Assembly (NCBI GenBank): GCA_000002435.2
Contig: CM018793.1
DNA: 64,000 bases
Direction: 5' to 3' (one strand)
From: Giardia intestinalis
Lineage: Eukaryota
In this document: positions 58,755 through 64,000 of the stretch, piece by piece
Numbering within the stretch: the first letter of the stretch is position 1
Layout of the letters: each line of letters starts with the position of its first letter
The notes under the pieces: generated by a model
Told to the model about the DNA's origin: nothing
The model's input: the letters and a program-made list of their open reading frames with translations, nothing else
The model's database searches: none
Program-made: the position numbers and the translations under genes

Positions 58755-61112
58755 TTAGATAGTATTCTCGTTGATACACCTCCGTGCTATGTTAAACAGC
58801 TGTTGCTGATCAGGTCCCATGATTGCACCAGCAACTATACGAGCCTGGGAAAGCTCAAACATGGAGAGCAAACACCCTGATGCAACCACTATAAACCCTT
58901 GTCTGTGTGCATATGGAAAGACAGTGAGAACACAAAGTGGAGAGCAAGTCAGTGTGGCTATAGCGGACCTACAACCCAGACGCTGCAAGTTCATGGATAG
59001 CCCCTTGTTACAAATGCCACTTACGTCTATGAAGCGTGCTCCCCATCTATCGTCGTTGTGTCCTCGAAGAGCATTGACACAAGAAACGTTATACACATCA
59101 GTTGCACAATATATGTCTTTAGTTTGCACCTGATCAGTTATGAGAATAACGCGCTGAACACCGAGGACTTGACAGAGCCTAGCGGGGAACGTCGTTTCTT
59201 GTAGTGACACCTTGTTGCATATACTTGGAACTACGAAGATAAGAATGCCCGTGCGCACATCAAAGTAGATATCTAACGGACTTGATACTGAAAGGCGACG
59301 ATAGCTGGACAGATCAACACGGTTCTTAACAGAATCAATCAGAATAGCGTTCTTAAAATCTGCAATCACATACGTTTTAATTTCATTGGCAACACGCCCT
59401 ACGTGTTCATATTTTAACTGCTGAATGTTATCAAAGAGTGAAAACTCATACTTTTTAACCAAGGAATGTGTAATCGAAACCTTTGTGGCCGTCGACAAAA
59501 TAGATACAAAGCGAGGATCACTGCATATCTCCAAGAGCTGCTGAGCAGACCCTACGAAAAGATTTTTGAGACCAAGAGCCCGTGCAACGGCGACCAGACC
59601 GAAATGGAAGGCATTAGTCACTGCAGTCATGGTGGTCTTACCTAGCATCGCAGTAATGTATGTACTAGCAGGGTTTTCAAGCGATTCTACGACCAATAAG
59701 AATGTATTATTGGCTAGCGAAGACAAGTATTTATATGCAGAGCCGTTGAACAGAGGTTGTCCTCGGCCTTCCAATTCGACAAGGCAGGCACCATGAACGC
59801 TGGTAAAATTCATGATGTTTTCAAGACGCACCAGCCCAGGGTGCATAAGGGTTCTGTCTAAAATCAGAAAGACACTTATCCCTAACTCCATAGATGCCTC
59901 GAAGACGGCCACAATCTTTCGCAGGGAGAGGTTGAGAGGCACACCAACAACCAGACAAGTATCCATGGGTTTAACAAAGAAGATTGGGGAAGAGATGAAG
60001 AGACAAAATCGAAGCTTACTCAGACCTGGAACATCGTTTAGAATCTCTTTAACGTCTTCTGCGCTGGGAAGGGACTCGGTAGCCGGGACAATCGGTGTAT
60101 CCCGGACCTTGGGGGTATACCTCGAAAGCAGGGGCAGTCTGGGGATGTTGACTCTCGCAATAAGTGCCCCAATTAAAGCGTAAACAGCTGTACTGACAGC
60201 ATCACTTACCAATTTTACATCTGCATGATCAAGGGTCTCCTTAGAAAGACCGGCGGCTAGATTTGTTACCACGCTGAGACCAATGACGTGCATTCCAAGG
60301 AGACGGGCGCAAAGAGCTTCAGGAATGCTAGACATTCCTACTGCCCCGGGCCCTAGTGACATGATAGTCTCCGTGTCAATCTGCGTTTCATAGTGAGGCC
60401 CCGAGTTGAGCACGTAAGTACCCTCATAGACCTTTACCATGTGCTTATGCCCCTTGAGCATGATACTGGTCTTATCAATGAAGGCCTTATCTTTTGCTAG
60501 TTCTCTGACCAAGCTACGAAGCTCTGCAGAATATATGTTAGCATTGGGGATGCTACTTGGATAATGAAATAGACCCGGGGTCTTTAAATAACCCAGCAAC
60601 GCTTTGAGATTCTCTAACTCCAGAAGGCAGTCAGGATCATGTTGGAGCTGGCAGGATTCGTACCCATAAAGAGGGTTCCAGCGGAGAAGGGACATCTGGT
60701 CGTTAATTAGCATCAAACACCCTGCTTCCATGCCCCGCTTTGTCCCTCCTGCCGCATTTGTAACAATATAAATGCGTGCTCCAAGGTAGCATGCAACGTA
60801 AGGGAAAATAGTCAGTGTCGGCGGCGTGTATCCTTCGTAGCTATGAAATCGGCCACTGAAACATAAAATTGTCTTATCTCCCATTTCCCCCACTAGAACC
60901 TTGCCAGAATGGCCTGAAACAGAGGTCTTTGCCATGAAGGGAACGCGTTCGTAATCTATCTCAGTGTAACCAGTGGAAAACATCCTATCGGCAAACCCAG
61001 AAAGACCAGAGCCCAAGACTACGGCTATGTCCACCTTCTTACCAATGATGTTCTTGATATAGTCTGCTGCCTCATGCATATGGGATGTGAAGACATCATA
61101 GGTTAATTGCAT
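58755..61112 (-). CDS. Purine nucleoside phosphorylase (PNP/MTAP family) with a second, catalytically degenerate PNP-like domain
   Basis: Domain 1 covers about the first 290 residues: VVLGSGLSGFADRM, HSGKVLVGEMGDKTILCFSGRFHSYEGY, IVTNAAGG, EGTYVLNSGPHYETQIDTETIMSLGPGAVGMSSIPE. All are trimeric-PNP hallmarks. The C-terminal about 300 aa repeat the fold order (TTFPARLCQVLGVQRVILITDQ...NALRGHNDDRWGARFIDVSG...QGFIVVASG) but lack GSGL, RFHxYEG and VTNAAGG. Start at the ATG at 61112, preceded by GGTTGCAAAAAATAAAA. The ORF-track start at 61172 is upstream read-through. Confidence 0.7.
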   Translation of the reverse strand: MQLTYDVFTSHMHEAADYIKNIIGKKVDIAVVLGSGLSGFADRMFSTGYTEIDYERVPFMAKTSVSGHSGKVLVGEMGDKTILCFSGRFHSYEGYTPPTLTIFPYVACYLGARIYIVTNAAGGTKRGMEAGCLMLINDQMSLLRWNPLYGYESCQLQHDPDCLLELENLKALLGYLKTPGLFHYPSSIPNANIYSAELRSLVRELAKDKAFIDKTSIMLKGHKHMVKVYEGTYVLNSGPHYETQIDTETIMSLGPGAVGMSSIPEALCARLLGMHVIGLSVVTNLAAGLSKETLDHADVKLVSDAVSTAVYALIGALIARVNIPRLPLLSRYTPKVRDTPIVPATESLPSAEDVKEILNDVPGLSKLRFCLFISSPIFFVKPMDTCLVVGVPLNLSLRKIVAVFEASMELGISVFLILDRTLMHPGLVRLENIMNFTSVHGACLVELEGRGQPLFNGSAYKYLSSLANNTFLLVVESLENPASTYITAMLGKTTMTAVTNAFHFGLVAVARALGLKNLFVGSAQQLLEICSDPRFVSILSTATKVSITHSLVKKYEFSLFDNIQQLKYEHVGRVANEIKTYVIADFKNAILIDSVKNRVDLSSYRRLSVSSPLDIYFDVRTGILIFVVPSICNKVSLQETTFPARLCQVLGVQRVILITDQVQTKDIYCATDVYNVSCVNALRGHNDDRWGARFIDVSGICNKGLSMNLQRLGCRSAIATLTCSPLCVLTVFPYAHRQGFIVVASGCLLSMFELSQARIVAGAIMGPDQQQLFNIARRCINENTI

Positions 61113-61130
61113 TTTTATTTTTTGCAACCT
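61113..61130 (-). promoter_or_regulatory. A/T-rich initiator-like element CAAAAAATAAAA immediately 5' of the PNP gene ATG
   Basis: Classic Giardia short A-rich core promoter abutting the start codon. Confidence 0.45.
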
Positions 61131-61342
61131 AAACCCCGATGCAACTAACGACAATCCTTGGTAGATTACCATGGGTATGCAAGATGTTGTAGAAGCATAT
61201 TATCTGTGAATCAGCTTAGTAAATTTACTACCATGCAAACTCTCAACCATCTTCTTATCTTGCGAGCTACTACAGTTGAAGAGGTCTGGACGTTTAAGAA
61301 AGGCGCGAAATTTCACAGAGCAAATCGAGAGCGCATTAAAAA

Positions 61343-61981
61343 ATGAGCTGGATGGATTACACAACCGATGGCCCCGGGCCGGGCGGCTACATGATCCAAT
61401 CAACCATTGGTAAAGCCCCAGCATTTTCTTTGCGTGGAAGGCACAAGGAAAGCTCCAAAGATGCAGGTCCTGGCCCTGCTCAATATGATGTCACCAATGG
61501 AATGAAAGCGACCAAACGGTCTTTACCGTCATTCTCTCTCTCTAGTCGCACTCAGACTCTTGATAAGAAGAACGTTCCTGGCCCTGGTGCATACACTGTG
61601 AGCGATATAGTCGGAAAAAAGAAGGCTCCTGCGTTCTCCCTCTCTGGAAGGCATGCGGTCGCCGCCAGCAACGACAACCCGGGGCCGGGGGCCTATGAAA
61701 ACAACTACCTCTCCACGGGGAAGGACGCGCCGGCCGCCTCCCTTTCGGGTCGCCACCCAGACCTGGCCAAGAACACAAATCCGGGTCCGGGTGCATATAA
61801 TGTAGACAATGACCGCGTCATCAACAGGTCCGAACCGGCGTTCTCGCTCTCCGGGAGGTACGACGTCACGAAGACAAACGAGACCCCCGGCCCAGGGGCG
61901 TATGGTGTTCAAGGAGAGCTGGGTGGTCCTGCATTCACCCTTCGAAGCCGTACAAAAATGCATGTGAAGCCAGTGGATTAG
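61343..61981 (+). CDS. SHIPPO-repeat (sperm-tail PG-rich, STPG/ODF3-like) protein
   Basis: Seven repeats of GPGPGxY...PAFSLxGR (PGPGGYM, GPGPAQYD, PGPGAYTV, PGPGAYEN, PGPGAYNV, PGPGAYGV). The ATG is preceded by GCATTAAAAA. Confidence 0.75.
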   Translation: MSWMDYTTDGPGPGGYMIQSTIGKAPAFSLRGRHKESSKDAGPGPAQYDVTNGMKATKRSLPSFSLSSRTQTLDKKNVPGPGAYTVSDIVGKKKAPAFSLSGRHAVAASNDNPGPGAYENNYLSTGKDAPAASLSGRHPDLAKNTNPGPGAYNVDNDRVINRSEPAFSLSGRYDVTKTNETPGPGAYGVQGELGGPAFTLRSRTKMHVKPVD

Positions 61982-61987
61982 TGAAGA

Positions 61988-61994
61988 AGTGAAT
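61988..61994 (+). terminator. Putative polyadenylation signal AGTGAAT 7 nt after the SHIPPO stop
   Basis: TTAGTGAAGAAGTGAATGC. A second AGTGAAG overlaps the TAG stop. Confidence 0.45.
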
Positions 61995-62040
61995 GCAAGG
62001 AGCACCTTGACTCTACTTTACCACCATATCTTAATGCGAT

Positions 62041-63999
62041 CTAAGATATGCTGTCCAGAATGTTTGTACGGGCATAGTAGAGACAACGATCTAATACCCC
62101 AGAGGCAACATTCGGTAGAATGGAGTGCATCCGCTCGAGCTTCTCCTGATTCGGAATATCGCTGCTTTGTATTAGCCTGTCAAAGACGCCGCTTGAAGTG
62201 AACGCAATTTGAGATATGCTATAATTTATGACTGAGATGGTTTCGTAAAGCTGAGTTTGAAATTCCTCACTAGGCAAGTAGAACCAAGCAACAGGGCAGG
62301 CTCGATGAAGCTTTGTCATGTCCATTTTATTCGTATTTAAACGAAGTTTCTTTTTCCATTGTAGCTCATCCAGTTCTAAGGATACTATGTCCAGGATTAA
62401 GGGTCTGTTAAACAGAAGACAATACTGTGCAAACAGTAGGTCGCTGTCCAGCTCAATGTTAGTGGCCCACAATCGATAGGACGAAAACCCACGCAATGCT
62501 CTCTTCGTTCCTCTGATTGCAACTGCGTATATAAGCTCTATAAGTTGCTCCTTAGGTAAGTGCCCGAGTTCAGTGATAAGGGCGTCACATGCAACAAGAT
62601 GGTTATTCATCTCCTGATGTTTCCAGAAGGATATGACCCAGTTATCCAGTAAGCACTCCTCCTCAATGTGCTCAAGTGAATGCAACCTGAGGTCGTTCAA
62701 GGAGGTCATATGGTCATCTGCATGGTCACTCGGTTTGCTGGCATTTAAAGCAGGGCCATCTGTACTAACCTTCCATACATCACCCCAAGATTGTAAAAAT
62801 AAAATCTTCTGCACAATTGAATGTAAATCATTGGAAAGTACAGATTGAGTAGCGGCACATTTTTTGCAAGAATTTGAGATGTGAATAGAAGAGGTGCCAG
62901 ACTGCAAAGATGGTTGGAGAGACACATGTGTTGAAACAAGAGACCACAGCGAGCGGTAAAAGTATGGAGTTGTGGTAGTCGCGCTATAATCATACAACTC
63001 TGCTCTCAGGTACTTTCTGATGTTGCGCTCTGTAAATATCTCCACAAGTCTCTGGTCACCTGGTCTTAAATGGTCGTTAATTCTCTGCCCCTCCTTCAAT
63101 AACATAATCGGGAACACAAGCGTGAGGATTCGCCACGATAGCGAAAGGCTACGAGAGGTGTACTGGTGTCCGGAAGTATTGTATCTTGATTGGCAATAGC
63201 GGAGACAAGTGCTTTTTGACAAGTAGCTACACTCTGGACGTAAAAGAAGCAGTTCTATGAGGTTCATGTTAGTGTTACGGTCAAGTGGGATAAGTTTCTG
63301 CACTTTCCTCGCGAAGACGGCCTTTGCAGCTCTGAATTTAAAATTGGCGCGAAGAAACTGATATTCGGTGGACGAACCAGCATCTATAAAGGAGGTGTTA
63401 GCGTGCAAAAACGGTTTTGCAGCCGCGTCGCATATACCATCTATTTTATCTAAATCTTTTTTGCTTATAACTTGCGAGAGGAAGTCGGCTTCAATAGATT
63501 GAAATTTCTTCAAGAGCTCTTTGGGCATCCTCACCGGTGGCGCTGGACAATCTGTAATTAATTTTTGATCCAGCTTAAGAGCCTGCAAGGTAGACAGAGT
63601 AGTAGGAGGCGGTATGAGAAAGAACCCGGGTGGGCTAACAGAGGTACAGTTGCCGTCGTGTATATTGTAATACAGTGTAACGTTTGCTATCTCTATTTTT
63701 CTATAGGGAACGGAGCGAATGGAAAGAGAAATGTACTTAAGCTCATACAGCAAGCTGGAGACAGCATCAGAGGCGGACAAGAAGCTCGGTGACGGTCCGG
63801 CAATAATTTGCTTGAGTGCAGGAAGCTTCAGTCCATCGCTTGAGATTGACGATATGTCTGTGGCCCTGTCATTGCTGCTCTCGACCACATTGGCTACCGA
63901 GCTTACAGAGTTCTGCTGATTTGCTATGTGCCTCCTTCCCTCAGAGATGATGCTGTTTTTATCAACAGCTGGAGGCAGATAGGAGAGGCGATTAGTCAT
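62041..63999 (-). CDS. Hypothetical protein (at least 652 aa); start at or beyond the window edge
   Basis: Long ORF whose first ATG is at 63997-63999, one base from the window end. No recognisable domain. Confidence 0.5.
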   Translation of the reverse strand: MTNRLSYLPPAVDKNSIISEGRRHIANQQNSVSSVANVVESSNDRATDISSISSDGLKLPALKQIIAGPSPSFLSASDAVSSLLYELKYISLSIRSVPYRKIEIANVTLYYNIHDGNCTSVSPPGFFLIPPPTTLSTLQALKLDQKLITDCPAPPVRMPKELLKKFQSIEADFLSQVISKKDLDKIDGICDAAAKPFLHANTSFIDAGSSTEYQFLRANFKFRAAKAVFARKVQKLIPLDRNTNMNLIELLLLRPECSYLSKSTCLRYCQSRYNTSGHQYTSRSLSLSWRILTLVFPIMLLKEGQRINDHLRPGDQRLVEIFTERNIRKYLRAELYDYSATTTTPYFYRSLWSLVSTHVSLQPSLQSGTSSIHISNSCKKCAATQSVLSNDLHSIVQKILFLQSWGDVWKVSTDGPALNASKPSDHADDHMTSLNDLRLHSLEHIEEECLLDNWVISFWKHQEMNNHLVACDALITELGHLPKEQLIELIYAVAIRGTKRALRGFSSYRLWATNIELDSDLLFAQYCLLFNRPLILDIVSLELDELQWKKKLRLNTNKMDMTKLHRACPVAWFYLPSEEFQTQLYETISVINYSISQIAFTSSGVFDRLIQSSDIPNQEKLERMHSILPNVASGVLDRCLYYARTNILDSIS

Positions 64000-64000
64000 G

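Noticed and set aside
1-64000. Prokaryotic origin, operons, CRISPR arrays, defence islands
   Set aside because: The gene content is unambiguously eukaryotic (Pol alpha, L22e, DHHC, SHIPPO repeats, VSP with CRGKA tail). There are no direct-repeat/spacer arrays and no Shine-Dalgarno-spaced polycistronic organisation.
1-64000. Retrotransposon or DNA transposon insertions
   Set aside because: No reverse-transcriptase, integrase or transposase motifs in any frame, and no terminal inverted or long direct repeats could be seen by eye.

Overview
The window looks like a nuclear chromosome segment of the protozoan Giardia intestinalis (lamblia). This is an inference from family signatures, not from a database hit. 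The signatures are: one variant-specific surface protein (VSP) ending ...GFLCWWFICRGKA; two high-cysteine membrane proteins (HCMPs) with GGCY and CXXC motifs; a bacterial-type flavohemoprotein and a flavodoxin-fold NAD(P)H oxidoreductase, a pair known as lateral-transfer stress genes in Giardia; intron-less tightly packed genes; short A/T-rich initiator elements directly 5' of ATGs; and AGTRAAY polyadenylation signals 0-30 nt after stops. Recognisable genes: DNA polymerase alpha catalytic subunit, RecQ helicase, ribosomal protein L22e, a DHHC palmitoyltransferase, a PNP-family nucleoside phosphorylase with a second degenerate PNP domain, an RDxS/Walker-type ABCC transporter that appears decayed, a pseudokinase-RING fusion, a SHIPPO (PGPGAY) repeat protein, two inverted DMT/SLC35F-CRT-like transporter paralogs, a BPI/LBP-fold protein, a membrane protein with an extraordinary Cys/Asp string, and several large lineage-specific proteins without recognisable domains. 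The first ~27 kb is GC-rich (about 70% in sampled coding stretches). It carries the VSP/HCMP genes, broken genes and unusually long non-coding gaps. The remaining ~37 kb is AT-richer (about 38% in sampled stretches) and densely packed. The ORF track often places its first M on GTG/TTG codons; I re-placed starts at the first ATG preceded by an A/T-rich initiator where I could see one. No rRNA, tRNA, CRISPR or transposon could be supported by eye.
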